A stretch of 64,000 nt of DNA from Phycisphaerales bacterium (lineage in GTDB: Bacteria; Planctomycetota; Phycisphaerae; Phycisphaerales; UBA1924), in the NCBI GenBank assembly GCA_016742075.1, contig JACVCL010000003.1:20087-84086 (forward strand), read 5' to 3'. Positions 43,909 through 54,418 of this stretch are shown in pieces. The position numbers and the translations under genes were made by a program. Within the stretch, counting starts at the first letter, position 1, and the number at the start of each line of letters is the position of its first letter. A model generated the notes under the pieces. It did not search any database. It was not told where the DNA came from and saw only the letters and a list, made by a program, of their open reading frames with translations.

Positions 43909-45009
43909 TCAGGCCTTGCCGACGGCCGAGCGGACGGCCTCGATGATCTTGCGCTTGTGCGGCAGGTACTCCTGCTCGAGCGTCTTGGCGTAGGGCGTCG
44001 GCACGTCGTCGGTGTTCACGCGGAGGGGCTGGTGATCCAGATAGTCGAAGCACTTCTCGACGACCTGCGTGATCACCTCGCTGGCGACGCTGGCGAAGGG
44101 CCAGCACTGATCGACCACCACGACGCGACCGGTCTTCTGGATGCTGCGGACGATCGCGGCCGAGTCGAGCGGGCGCACGGTGCGCATGTCGAGAACGTCG
44201 ACGGAGATCCCCTCGTTCGCCAGCTCGGCGGCGGCCTCGAGGCAGAAGTTCACCGGGCGGCCGAAGGAGACGATCGTGCAGTCGGAACCCTCGCGCCGCA
44301 GCGCGGCCCGGCCGAAGGGGATGTAGTACTCCTCCTCGGGCACGTGGGCCTTGTCGCCGAGCATGCGCTCGGACTCGAGGAAGAAGACCGGGTCGGGGTC
44401 CCGGATGGCGGTCTTGAGCAGCCCCTTGGCGTCGTATGGGCACGAGGGGATGGCGATCTTCAGCCCCGGGACGTTCGAGTAGAGCGCCTCGACGCACCAG
44501 GAGTGCGTCGAGCCGAGCTGCCCGCCGGCGCCGTTGTTGCCGCGGAACACGATCGGACAGCCCCACTGCCCGCCCGACATGTACAGCATCTTCGGCGCGT
44601 TGTTGAGGATCTGGTCGGCCGCCACCAGCGAGAACGACCAGCTCATGAATTCGATGATCGGCCGCAGGCCGTACATCGCAGCGCCGATGCCGAGGCCCGC
44701 GAAGCCGTTCTCGGAGATCGGCGAGTCGATGATGCGCTGCGGGCCGAACTCGTCGAGCATGCCCTGCGACACCTTGTAGGCGCCGTTGTACTGGGCCACC
44801 TCTTCGCCCATCAGGAAGATGCGCGGGTCGCGGCGCATCTCCTCGCTCATCGCTTCGCGGAGCGCCTCGCGGAACTGAATGACGCGTGAGCCCTCGCGCG
44901 AAGGCAGCTCATGCTCGTCCACGAACGAAGGCAGGCTGACGTTGGTGAGCGCCGGGTGGATCGGCGAGTCGATGATCGGCAGGGTCGGGATGGAGGGGGC
45001 GGTGGTCAT
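43909..45009 (-). CDS. pdhB: Pyruvate dehydrogenase E1 beta subunit
   Basis: It has REALREAMSEEMRRDPRIFLMGEEV and the transketolase-like Pyr and C-terminal domains. A 40-aa N-terminal extension has no alternative start that I could find. Confidence 0.85.
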   Translation of the reverse strand: MTTAPSIPTLPIIDSPIHPALTNVSLPSFVDEHELPSREGSRVIQFREALREAMSEEMRRDPRIFLMGEEVAQYNGAYKVSQGMLDEFGPQRIIDSPISENGFAGLGIGAAMYGLRPIIEFMSWSFSLVAADQILNNAPKMLYMSGGQWGCPIVFRGNNGAGGQLGSTHSWCVEALYSNVPGLKIAIPSCPYDAKGLLKTAIRDPDPVFFLESERMLGDKAHVPEEEYYIPFGRAALRREGSDCTIVSFGRPVNFCLEAAAELANEGISVDVLDMRTVRPLDSAAIVRSIQKTGRVVVVDQCWPFASVASEVITQVVEKCFDYLDHQPLRVNTDDVPTPYAKTLEQEYLPHKRKIIEAVRSAVGKA

Positions 45010-45089
45010 GCGGGGTGTGCTGCGGCGATGCCGGGGTCAGGTGCCAGGGGCCCGGCCGGGGGCCGGGAACGCGGGAGCCGATGGACGGA

Positions 45090-46325
45090 TCAGAGGAGCG
45101 AGTTACGGACGCCGTGGTGGTAGTCTCGGATCGACGAGAGACCGGGCTGCGGGTTGGCGTACACATCGGTGTACAGCTCCTCCGCCGCCTCCGGAGACGG
45201 CGACTGCTCGGCGAACTCGACCGCCAGCCGCACCTCTTCCTTGATCTCCCGCTGCATGTCCTTGAACTGCTCTTCGCTCAGGCAGCCGCGGCCGAGGTGC
45301 CCCCCCACCGCCGGCTCGCCCTTGGGGGACATCAGCACCGCCGCGAGGCGGTCGATCGAGTCCCGCTCCTGGTACTTCTGCACCTCTTCCTTGGTGCGGT
45401 ACTTCTGCGGGTCCGACATCGAGTGGCCCTGGTAGCGGTAGGTCTTCAGATCGACGAAGCCGGGGCGCTGGTTCTCGCGGCAGCGGTCGGCGTAGGGCTT
45501 GAACTTGTCGTAAAGGCTCAGCAGATCGAGACCGTCGATCTCGATGCCCTCGATGCCGTAGCCCGCCGCCTTGAGGACGAGATTGTGGGCCATCGTCGTT
45601 CCGCGCTCGATGCTCGTGCCCATCGAGTAGCCGTTGTTCTCGACCACGTAGATCACCGGCAGGCCGAAGAGGCCCGCGAGGTTCAGGCTCTCGTGGAAGC
45701 AGCCCTGGTTCAGGGCGCCATCGCCCAGGTAGCACAGGCACACCTTCTTGCCCGCGGGCGTGCGAGGCCGATCGGCCGGGTGGCCCGAACCGTCGAGCAC
45801 CGGCGCGCCGGGGGCCTTGTTCAGCACCTCCCAGTCGTACCGGGCGGCGAACGCCAGGCCGGCGCCCAGGGCCGTCTGGGCCCCGACGATGCCGTGCCCG
45901 CCGTACAGATGATTCGGGCGGTCGAACATGTGCATGGACCCGCCCTTGCCCTTCGCGCAGCCGTGCAGCTTCCCGTACATCTCGGCCATGCACGCCTCGG
46001 GTGTCATGCCCCGGGCAAGAGCGTGGCCGTGGTCGCGGTACGCGGTCACCACGGGGTCGTCGTGGTTGACCGCGGCGAAGGTGCCCACCACGGTCGCCTC
46101 CTGCCCGATGTAGATGTGGCAGAAGCCACCGATCTTGGCCTGCTGGTACGCCGCCATCGTCCGCAGCTCGAACTCGCGGATCAGCATCATGTCCCTCAGC
46201 CAGCGGATCAACGTCGCGTCGGGGAGCAGCTGGCTCGGGGTGGGCGAGGAGCCCACCCGACCGGCCTGCTTGAGCGTTTCACTGGATGGCATCTTGGGCA
46301 TCGTCGGAGCGGTGGCTGCGGACAT
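45090..46325 (-). CDS. pdhA: Pyruvate dehydrogenase E1 alpha subunit
   Basis: It has IGGFCHIYIGQEA and the TPP motif YLGDGALNQG...VVENNGYSMGT. The start at ATG 46325 is uncertain. An insert of about 30 aa lies before the GDG motif. Confidence 0.8.
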   Translation of the reverse strand: MSAATAPTMPKMPSSETLKQAGRVGSSPTPSQLLPDATLIRWLRDMMLIREFELRTMAAYQQAKIGGFCHIYIGQEATVVGTFAAVNHDDPVVTAYRDHGHALARGMTPEACMAEMYGKLHGCAKGKGGSMHMFDRPNHLYGGHGIVGAQTALGAGLAFAARYDWEVLNKAPGAPVLDGSGHPADRPRTPAGKKVCLCYLGDGALNQGCFHESLNLAGLFGLPVIYVVENNGYSMGTSIERGTTMAHNLVLKAAGYGIEGIEIDGLDLLSLYDKFKPYADRCRENQRPGFVDLKTYRYQGHSMSDPQKYRTKEEVQKYQERDSIDRLAAVLMSPKGEPAVGGHLGRGCLSEEQFKDMQREIKEEVRLAVEFAEQSPSPEAAEELYTDVYANPQPGLSSIRDYHHGVRNSLL

Positions 46326-46535
46326 CGCGGGCCTCAGAGGGGGTGTGGTCACGGCGAAGAAATCGGCTCGATCAACGCGGTTCCACGGGGGGAACGGCCG
46401 AAACGGAACGGGCCACGAGCCGGGGCGAGCGAAAGACCCTCGCCCGTCGGCCGCGCTCGCCGGCGACCCGAACCGAACCGCGAAGTGTAAGCACAACGGT
46501 TGGGTGGGGCAAAGGGCGGGCCGTCCGGGTTTGGT

Positions 46536-49500
46536 TTATGTCAGGGCTCCATGCGGCTGAGCCATGACGGACGGCGCGGCGAAGCGGCGGCGGAGGATCG
46601 TCAGCAGGCTCTCCGGGTTCAGGAAGTTCGGAGGCGGCCGGAAGTAGACCTCCGCGAGCTTCTCGCCGGGCTTGGGACTCAGCGGCCGCACTGTGCCCTT
46701 CACGCCCTCCAGCGCCGCGGCCACCGCGGACACCGCGGCCGGATCGCAGCGCAGGATCACATCCTGCTCGTGCACGGCGATCGATCGAACGCCCCGCGCG
46801 TGCGCCCCGATCCGCAACTCGGCCAGTTCGAGCAGCCGCTGCGCCGGCTTCGGAGGCTGGCCGTAGGCCTGGCTCAAGTCGGCCACGACGGCCGCGAGCT
46901 GCTCCGGGGTGGCCGCCGAGACGATCCGGCGGTACGCCTCGAGGCGGCGCGTATCGGATGGGATATAGACCTTCGGCAGTTGCCCGGTAGCGCCGATGTC
47001 GATGGTGGTCTCCGACGGCTGGGCGGAGGGCTCGGACCGCAGCTCCCTCGCGGCCTGCTCGAGCAGCCGGCAGTACATGTCGTACCCCACCGCGGCGATA
47101 TGCCCAGACTGCTCGGCCCCGAGAAGGTTCCCCGCCCCGCGGATCTCCAGGTCGCGCATGGCGATCTTGAATCCCGCGCCGAGCATCGAGAACTCCTCGA
47201 TCGCCCGCAGACGGCGCGTGGCCGAGTCGGTGACCGGCCGGTCGGAGGGCAGAAGCAGGTAGCAGTAGGCGCGGTGCTTGTAGCGGCCCACGCGCCCGCG
47301 GAGCTGGTGCAGATCGGCCAGGCCGAAGTGATCGGCGTTGTTGATGAACATCGTGTTGGCCGTCGGGATGTCGATTCCCGACTCGATGATCGTGGTCGAT
47401 ACGAGGATGTCGGCCTCTCGCCCGATGAAGCGTCGCATGACGTCTTCGAGCTCGTCGTCGGGCATCTGGCCGTGGCCGATGACGATGCGGGCGCCGGGCG
47501 CCAGCCGCTGCACGTCGTCGGCCACGCTGCGGATGTTGTGCACGCGGTTGTGGACGAAGTAAACCTGCCCGTCGCGGTTGAGCTCACGGGCGATGGCCGC
47601 GGCGATCCGTCGCTCGTTGTAGGGGATCACCTCGGTGACCACGCTCCGGCGGTCCATCGGCGGCGTGGTGAGAGACGAGATGTCGCGCAGCCCGAGCATC
47701 GACATGTGCAGGGTCCGCGGGATGGGCGTCGCCGAGAGTGTGAGCACGTCGGCCGTCATCCGGAAGCCGAGAAGCGCCTGCTTGTGCTCGACGCCGAACC
47801 GCTGCTCTTCATCGATGATCACCAGCCCGAGGTCGGCAAAGCGGACGTCCTTGGATAGCAGCCTGTGCGTGCCGATGAGGATGTCCACCTGTCCCTTGCG
47901 CGTCGCGGCCAGGATCTCATTGCACTCTTTGCCCGTCTTGAACCGGGACACACTCGCGACCCGGAACGGGTAGTCCGCGAATCGTGCCCGGAAGGTCCGC
48001 TCGTGCTGCTCGGCCAGCAGCGTCGTGGGCACCAGCACCGCCACCTGCTTCCCGAACTCAACCGCTTTGAACGCAGCGCGGATCGCCACCTCGGTCTTGC
48101 CGTAGCCCACGTCGCCGCACAGCAGACGGTCCATCGGCCGCTCTCGCGTCATGTCCCGCTTGAGCTCGGCGATCGCCGCGAGCTGATCCTCGGTCTCCTC
48201 GTAGGGGAACTCGGCCTCGAACTCTTTCTGCCATGGGGTGTCGGCGGGGAAGCGGATGCCCGGCATGTGCTCGCGGGCGGCCTGGATCCGCAGCATCTCG
48301 GCCGCGAGGTCCCTGACAGACTCCTTGACCGCCTGCTTCTGAGATTGCCACCGCTTGCCGCCCAGCGGCGAGAGCGGCGGCGCGCCGCCGTGCCCGCCGA
48401 CGTACTTCTGCACGCGGTCGATCTGCGACACCGGCACGTGGAGCCGGGCCCCGGCCGCGAACTCCAGCGTCATGTACTCCTCGCCCTGCGGGTCGGCCCC
48501 CTCGCCGGGCTGGCCGTCGGCGGGCGCCGCCGTGGTGCGCGGGCCTTTGCGGTCGGCCTTGCCCGGGCGCAGAGGCGCGGGCTTGTTGCGGAGCAGGTCC
48601 GCCGCGTGCTGCTCGGCCGTGGGCTTGGGCCCGTGCGGCCGCATCGTCTTGAGCCCGGTGAAGCGTGCGATCCCGTGGTCGGAGTGCACCACGAAGTCGC
48701 CGACGGTGAGCTCGAGAAACGTGTCGGCCCCGCGCCCGGCCTTCAGCCGGCGGATTCTGCGGCGCGACTGGTACCGGTGCAGCAGCTCGTGGTACGGCAC
48801 AAGGGCGAGCGGGCGCTCTTCGGGCCCCCAGAGGAACCCGCGGTGCAGGTACGACCCATCGTGCTCGACCAGCGGCCCGCGCTCGCCGCCGAACTCCGCC
48901 AGCAGCTCACCGAGCCGCGATCGCTCGCCCTCGTTCTGGCAGAGCACCCGCACCCGGTGATCCGCGGTCATCGCCGCCAGTTCGGCGACGGCCTCTCCCG
49001 CGTCGCGGGCGAACTCGGGCAGCGGCCGCGCCGGCAGCTCGACGCGCACCGCGATATCCGGCGCCGCGGCCGAGAACTGGTTCAGTTCGGCGAAGCCCGG
49101 GAAACGCTCGCGCATGAGCCGGAAGACCGCCGGCGGGCCGAACACCCCCCGCGAGTCCGTCACTCGCTCGTAGTAGCCGCGGGCCTGCTCGGTGGTCTCG
49201 AGCGTTTCGATGAGCATCGCCAGCGTGTTCCGGGGCAAAAGATCGAGGAACGAGACGGTGTGCTCGTCGGACGCGACCGCCTCGAGCCGGGCGCCCACGA
49301 TCTCGGCCGACTCCAGACGCCTGTCCGATCCCATCGTCTCCAGGTCGATCTCGTGGATGGACTCCAGTTCATCGCCGAAGAAGTCGAGGCGGATGGCCGC
49401 CCCGCCGCTCTCGGCTCCGGCCGCGGGAGCGCTCTTCTCCGACGCCGCGCCGGGGGGGAACACGTCGAGGATCCCGCCACGGACCGCGAAGTCCCCCGGC

Positions 49501-50009
49501 TCTTCGATCGAGTCGCAGCGTCGGTACCCGGCCTGATCGAGCCACCGGGTCAGCGCGGTCAGTCCACGCCCGTCCCCCGGCCGCAGCACCAGCGACAGGG
49601 CGTCGAGCCGCCCCGGCGCCGGAACGGCCTGCATCAGCGACTGGATCGGGCACAGCAGCACCGCGGGCGGGCCGTCCGTGAGCACCCGCCGCACCACCGC
49701 CAGCCGCTCGGCGAACAGCTCGAGGCTGACCGCCGATTCGCCCGGGAGCAGTTCCAGGGCCGGCAGCCGCGCCGCGTCGACCCCCAGCGCGCTGAGCTCG
49801 TCGACGGCCTCGTCGGCATCGTCGAGGTGGGCGGTCACCACCAGCACCGGTCGCGCGGCGAGCCGCGCCACCGCGCCGGCGACCAACGCCGCGGACGAAC
49901 CCGCCGAACCGAATGCGCCCACTCGTTTGCCCTCGGCGAGCGCGCGCGCCAGCATCCGCACCGACTCGTGGGAAGCCACCAGATCGAGATGGGTCTGATC
50001 CGTGCGCAT
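46536..50009 (-). CDS. mfd: Transcription-repair coupling factor
   Basis: 1157 aa from ATG 50009. It has a UvrB-like N-terminus, a CarD-like domain (VGDFVVHSDHGIARF), the helicase motifs CGDVGYGKTEVA, DEEQRFG and TATPIPRT, and a TRCF C-terminus. Confidence 0.9.
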   Translation of the reverse strand: MRTDQTHLDLVASHESVRMLARALAEGKRVGAFGSAGSSAALVAGAVARLAARPVLVVTAHLDDADEAVDELSALGVDAARLPALELLPGESAVSLELFAERLAVVRRVLTDGPPAVLLCPIQSLMQAVPAPGRLDALSLVLRPGDGRGLTALTRWLDQAGYRRCDSIEEPGDFAVRGGILDVFPPGAASEKSAPAAGAESGGAAIRLDFFGDELESIHEIDLETMGSDRRLESAEIVGARLEAVASDEHTVSFLDLLPRNTLAMLIETLETTEQARGYYERVTDSRGVFGPPAVFRLMRERFPGFAELNQFSAAAPDIAVRVELPARPLPEFARDAGEAVAELAAMTADHRVRVLCQNEGERSRLGELLAEFGGERGPLVEHDGSYLHRGFLWGPEERPLALVPYHELLHRYQSRRRIRRLKAGRGADTFLELTVGDFVVHSDHGIARFTGLKTMRPHGPKPTAEQHAADLLRNKPAPLRPGKADRKGPRTTAAPADGQPGEGADPQGEEYMTLEFAAGARLHVPVSQIDRVQKYVGGHGGAPPLSPLGGKRWQSQKQAVKESVRDLAAEMLRIQAAREHMPGIRFPADTPWQKEFEAEFPYEETEDQLAAIAELKRDMTRERPMDRLLCGDVGYGKTEVAIRAAFKAVEFGKQVAVLVPTTLLAEQHERTFRARFADYPFRVASVSRFKTGKECNEILAATRKGQVDILIGTHRLLSKDVRFADLGLVIIDEEQRFGVEHKQALLGFRMTADVLTLSATPIPRTLHMSMLGLRDISSLTTPPMDRRSVVTEVIPYNERRIAAAIARELNRDGQVYFVHNRVHNIRSVADDVQRLAPGARIVIGHGQMPDDELEDVMRRFIGREADILVSTTIIESGIDIPTANTMFINNADHFGLADLHQLRGRVGRYKHRAYCYLLLPSDRPVTDSATRRLRAIEEFSMLGAGFKIAMRDLEIRGAGNLLGAEQSGHIAAVGYDMYCRLLEQAARELRSEPSAQPSETTIDIGATGQLPKVYIPSDTRRLEAYRRIVSAATPEQLAAVVADLSQAYGQPPKPAQRLLELAELRIGAHARGVRSIAVHEQDVILRCDPAAVSAVAAALEGVKGTVRPLSPKPGEKLAEVYFRPPPNFLNPESLLTILRRRFAAPSVMAQPHGALT

Positions 50010-50242
50010 GCGGAAGCCGGACCTCGGGCCTTCCGGCCCGGGCCGCGTCAACACTCCTGGGTCCAAGTGTACCTCGCCCCTCGTCCGCGCCGCCGCGCGG
50101 AACGTGCATGACGGCCCCCAGGGCCCTGCGCGTCTCCGTCTCACCCTCCGGGGCCGGAGGGGCGCGCTGGCGCCGTTAAACTGCCCGCCCGAACCTCGCT
50201 TCGGTCTGCCCCGTTCGCACCTGTAACCGCCGGAGTTCCCGA

Positions 50243-53200
50243 ATGACGCGTCCGCTGCTCGGCCTGACCCTCCTCGCCATGCTGCCCTGGCTCTCCACCC
50301 CCGCCCGTGCGGCCGACGACGTGATCCCGGGCACGCGCCCGGACGCGACGATGCTCCAGTACCCGGCGGTGAGCGCCGACAGCATCGTCTTCGTGTACGC
50401 CAATGATCTGTGGACGGTCCCTCGCGCCGGCGGCGTCGCCAAGCCGCTGGCCAGCCCCCCGGGGCCCGAACTGCTCCCCCGATTCAGCCCCGACGGCAAG
50501 ACGATCGCCTTCGTCGGAAACTACGACGGCAACCGCGACATCTACACCATCCCGGTGGCCGGCGGCCTCTCTCACCGCGTCACGCACCACCCGATGTCCG
50601 AGACGCTCTGGGGCTGGACCCCGGAAGGGAAGATCATTTTCTCGAGCGCCATGCAGGCCGGCATCGTCCGGGCCCCGCAGCTGTACACCGTCTCCCCCCA
50701 GGGCGGGCTGCCCGAGCGGCTGCCCGTGCCCTACGGCGCCGCCGGGGCCGTCTCGCCCGACGGACAGTGGCTCGCCTACACCCCGATCAACTCCGACTTC
50801 CGCACCTGGAAGCGCTATCGGGGCGGCATGGCCTCGCACGTCTGGCTGTTCAACATCAAGACGCTTCAGTCCCGCCGGATGACCGACTGGGAAGGCACCG
50901 ACACCCAGCCCATGTGGGCCCCGGGGCGAGCGGGCGAGCAGTCGGTCGTCTACTACCTCTCCGACGAGGGCCCCTCGCACCGGCTCAACATCTGGGCCTA
51001 CGACGTCGCCAGGTCGGCCAAGGAGCAGATCACCAAGTTCGATGACTACGACGTCAAGTGGCCGAGCATGGGCCCGGGCTCCGACGGCAAGGGCGAGATC
51101 GTGTTCCAGCACGGCCCCCGCATCTACCTGATGAGCCTCACGGATAAGCAGATCCGCCCCGTCGACATCGTCATCCCCGGCGACCGTCCCGCTCTCCGCG
51201 ACCAGAACGTCAACTTCGCCCGGTTCATCAGCAACGCCGGCGTCTCGCCCAAGGGCAAACGCCTCGTGGTGGAGGCGCGCGGCGACATCTGGAGCCTGCC
51301 GGCCCAGCGCGGCGTCTCGCGGAACCTCACCCGCACCAGCAACGCCGCCGAGCGAGACCCCTCGTGGTCGCCCGACGGCAAGCACATCGCCTACTTCTCC
51401 GACGCGACCGGCGAGTACGAGCTGTACCTCATGCCCGCGGAGGGCCCGGGCGAGCCGCGGAAGCTCACCGACTTCCAGGGCAAGGCCGGCTACCTCGCCA
51501 TGGGCAGCTGGTCGCCCGACTCCAAGCATCTCATCATCGCCGACAAGGCGGCGCGGATCTACCTGGTCACCCCGGGCGACGCAGGCCCGGCCGCCGAGGT
51601 TCGAGAGATCGCCAAGGACGAGTGGGCCGCCCGGCCGAATCCCGTCTGGTCGCACGACTCGCGCTGGCTCACGTTCACGCTCTCGCAGGAGAACCAGCAG
51701 GGATCGGTCTACCTCTACAACGTGGAGTCCAAGGAGCTCACCCGGGTCACCGACCCGTTCTTTGCGGCGTCCTCCCCCGCCTTCGACCGCAAGGGCGATT
51801 ACCTCTACTTCGTCCGGACCACGAACTTCTCGCCCACCTACTCCGACCTCGACACCACCTTCATCTACGACAACGCCGAACAGCTCTTCGTGGTACCGCT
51901 TCGGGCCGACATGAAATCGCCCTTCGCCCCCCGGAGCGACTCGGAGGCCGACGAGAAGGCCGAGAAGAAGGACGACAAGAAAGACGACAAGAAGGACGGC
52001 AAGAAAAAGGACGACAACGGAGAAGCCGCGGCCCAGGGGCCGGCCGGCTCGTGGTCCGGCACCTACACCGCCGAGGGGCAGGCGATCGCCTTCACCATGA
52101 CTGTCGCGGCCGACGGCGACTCGCTCAAGATCGAAGTGTCGGCGCTCGGACAGTCCCTCCCCGTCTCAGACATCTCGTGGGACAAGGCCTCGGGCGCCCT
52201 GTCGTTCACCGTGACCACGCCCGAGGGCAAGTCGAAGGTCAAGGGCACCATCAAGGCAGACAAGTTCACCGGCGAGTGGTCCGACGATCAGGGCCGCTCG
52301 GGCACGGTCTCGGCCGAGCGCTCGGGCGAGAAGGAGGGCAAGTCCGACACCGCCAAGAAGATCGAGCCCGTCAAGATCGACATCGAGGGCTTCGAGGCGC
52401 GGGCGATCCCGCTCCCGGTCCCGCCGGGAGGGTTCAACCAGCTCCAGGCGGGCGAGGGCACCAAGTTCTTCTACTTCCGTGCCGCGGGCCAGCCCAACCC
52501 GGACGACGATGAGCCCGTCGTCGGCGGGAGCATTCGGATGTTCGACGTCGGCGCCGAGGAGAAAGACCGCAAGGAGAAGACGGTGCTTGCGGGCGTCAAC
52601 AGCTTCGAGCTCACCGCCGACGCAAAGAAGATGCTCGTCCGGCGCGGGCAGGAGATGGCCGTCGTCGACGCGTCGCCCGGCCAGAAGCTCGATGACAAGG
52701 TCCCCACCGACAACATGCTCCACGCGGTCAGCCCGCGCCAGGAGTGGCGGCAGATGTTCGTCGAGGCCTGGCGCCTGCAGCGCGACTTCTTCTACGAGGC
52801 CAATCTGCACAACGTCGACTGGAAAAAGGTGCGGGAGCGGTACGAGGCGTTGCTCGAGGACTGCGCCTCACGCGACGACCTGGCCTACGTGATCCGCGAG
52901 ATGATCTCCGAGCTCAACATCGGACACGCGTACTACAACCCCGGCCCCACCGAGGCCGAGCCGTCGGTCTCGGTCGGCATGCTCGGCGCCGATTTCAGGC
53001 TCGCGTCCGCCGACGGCAAGACCGCCTACCAGTTCGCCCGCATCTACCGGGGCGCCGCGTGGGACGCCGACGCCCGGGGCCCGCTCAGCCAGCCCGGCGT
53101 CAACGTCAAGGAAGGCGACTTCCTGCTCGCTGTGAACGGCGTGGCTCTCGACACCGCCGAGGACCCGTGGGCGGCGTTCCAGGGCCTGGCCGGAAAGACG

Positions 53201-53971
53201 GTCTCGCTGACCGTCTCCGACAAGCCGCTGATCGACGCCACCGCGCGGGAGGTCATCGTCCGGCCCGCCGGCTCGGAGACGCCCATGCGCTACCGCGCGT
53301 GGATCGAGGCCAACCGCAAGCGCGTCGAGGAGAAGTCGGGCGGCAAAATCGGCTACATCTACGTCCCCAACACAGGTGTCGACGGCCAGAACGACCTCTT
53401 CCGGCAGTTCTACGGCCAGCGGGCCAAGCAGGCCCTGATCATCGACGAGCGGTGGAACGGCGGCGGCCAGATCCCCACCCGGTTCATCGAACTGCTCAAC
53501 CGTCCGCGCACCAACTACTGGGCCCGGCGCGACGGGCGCGACTGGCCTTGGCCCCCGGACAGCCACCAGGGCCCCAAAGCCATGCTCATCAACGGCTCGG
53601 CCGGTTCCGGCGGCGACATGTTCCCCGCGCTGTTCCGGCAGATGGGCATCGGCAAGCTCATCGGCCAGCGAACCTGGGGCGGCCTCGTCGGGATCTCCGG
53701 CAACCCCGGACTGATCGACGGCGCCGGCGTCACCGTCCCGACCTTCGGCTACTACAAGCTCGACGGAAACTGGGGCATCGAGGGCCACGGCGTCGACCCC
53801 GACATCGAGGTCGTCGACGACCCGTCGAAACTCGCGGCCGGCAACGATCCCCAGCTCGATGCCGCCATCGAGCACTTGCTCCAGGAGATCCAGCGCAACC
53901 CCTACACCCCGCCTGCCCGCCCGCAGGGACCCGACCGCGCGGGCATGGGCATCCCGCCGAACCAGCGGTAG
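50243..53971 (+). CDS. Tricorn protease homologue (beta-propellers + PDZ + S41 peptidase)
   Basis: 1242 aa with a signal peptide. It has repeated SPDG-type propeller blades, PDZ-like VNVKEGDFLLAVNG, and the S41 core IIDERWNGGG ... INGSAGSGGD ... GQRTWGG. Confidence 0.85.
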   Translation: MTRPLLGLTLLAMLPWLSTPARAADDVIPGTRPDATMLQYPAVSADSIVFVYANDLWTVPRAGGVAKPLASPPGPELLPRFSPDGKTIAFVGNYDGNRDIYTIPVAGGLSHRVTHHPMSETLWGWTPEGKIIFSSAMQAGIVRAPQLYTVSPQGGLPERLPVPYGAAGAVSPDGQWLAYTPINSDFRTWKRYRGGMASHVWLFNIKTLQSRRMTDWEGTDTQPMWAPGRAGEQSVVYYLSDEGPSHRLNIWAYDVARSAKEQITKFDDYDVKWPSMGPGSDGKGEIVFQHGPRIYLMSLTDKQIRPVDIVIPGDRPALRDQNVNFARFISNAGVSPKGKRLVVEARGDIWSLPAQRGVSRNLTRTSNAAERDPSWSPDGKHIAYFSDATGEYELYLMPAEGPGEPRKLTDFQGKAGYLAMGSWSPDSKHLIIADKAARIYLVTPGDAGPAAEVREIAKDEWAARPNPVWSHDSRWLTFTLSQENQQGSVYLYNVESKELTRVTDPFFAASSPAFDRKGDYLYFVRTTNFSPTYSDLDTTFIYDNAEQLFVVPLRADMKSPFAPRSDSEADEKAEKKDDKKDDKKDGKKKDDNGEAAAQGPAGSWSGTYTAEGQAIAFTMTVAADGDSLKIEVSALGQSLPVSDISWDKASGALSFTVTTPEGKSKVKGTIKADKFTGEWSDDQGRSGTVSAERSGEKEGKSDTAKKIEPVKIDIEGFEARAIPLPVPPGGFNQLQAGEGTKFFYFRAAGQPNPDDDEPVVGGSIRMFDVGAEEKDRKEKTVLAGVNSFELTADAKKMLVRRGQEMAVVDASPGQKLDDKVPTDNMLHAVSPRQEWRQMFVEAWRLQRDFFYEANLHNVDWKKVRERYEALLEDCASRDDLAYVIREMISELNIGHAYYNPGPTEAEPSVSVGMLGADFRLASADGKTAYQFARIYRGAAWDADARGPLSQPGVNVKEGDFLLAVNGVALDTAEDPWAAFQGLAGKTVSLTVSDKPLIDATAREVIVRPAGSETPMRYRAWIEANRKRVEEKSGGKIGYIYVPNTGVDGQNDLFRQFYGQRAKQALIIDERWNGGGQIPTRFIELLNRPRTNYWARRDGRDWPWPPDSHQGPKAMLINGSAGSGGDMFPALFRQMGIGKLIGQRTWGGLVGISGNPGLIDGAGVTVPTFGYYKLDGNWGIEGHGVDPDIEVVDDPSKLAAGNDPQLDAAIEHLLQEIQRNPYTPPARPQGPDRAGMGIPPNQR

Positions 53972-54007
53972 CCCCTCGGCTCGCATTCACCAGATCACGG
54001 GAACGAG

Positions 54008-54038
54008 GCGGCCCCGGTGCGACCGGGGCCGCTTTTTT
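54008..54038 (+). terminator. Rho-independent terminator after the tricorn-like gene
   Basis: Perfect 11-bp stem: gcggccccggt (54008-54018) pairs with accggggccgc (54022-54032), with a 3-nt loop, followed by tttttt (54033-54038). Confidence 0.85.
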
Positions 54039-54418
54039 GACCCCGCCGGCCCCGTCGGGGCCCAGCCGTCATCGGTGGCGATGATTTTCGGGGCGGTAAG
54101 TCCCGGGCTGACAAGAGATTGTCGCGATTAGGGATGCGCACTCCCTTGCCTCCGGCGTTTTCGGGGGTATGTTGAAAACTGAGTTGTCAGGAACCGATGC
54201 GCCCCGGCCGATGCACAGCGGCGGGGTCTGCCGGATGGCCGGGCATCGGAGTTGGAGTCAGGCCTTTTACAAGGCAGTCACACCGGAGCGCCCGTAATCG
54301 GTGCATCCGCGGGGTGATGGTTCGGCCCGTTCAGGCGCCGCGGCGTGGTCGTGGCGGCTCTGTCTGGTGCCTGCCGTCTCCCGGGGTATCGCCGCGCGGC
54401 CGAGCCAGGGAGAGAGTT

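Noticed and set aside
43909-46325. The N-terminal 40-aa extension of PDH E1 beta and the roughly 30-aa insert in E1 alpha, considered as signs of a novel enzyme.
   Set aside because: All core motifs are intact and the operon order pdhA-pdhB-pdhC is canonical. The extras look like lineage-specific loops, and the start site cannot be verified without comparative data.
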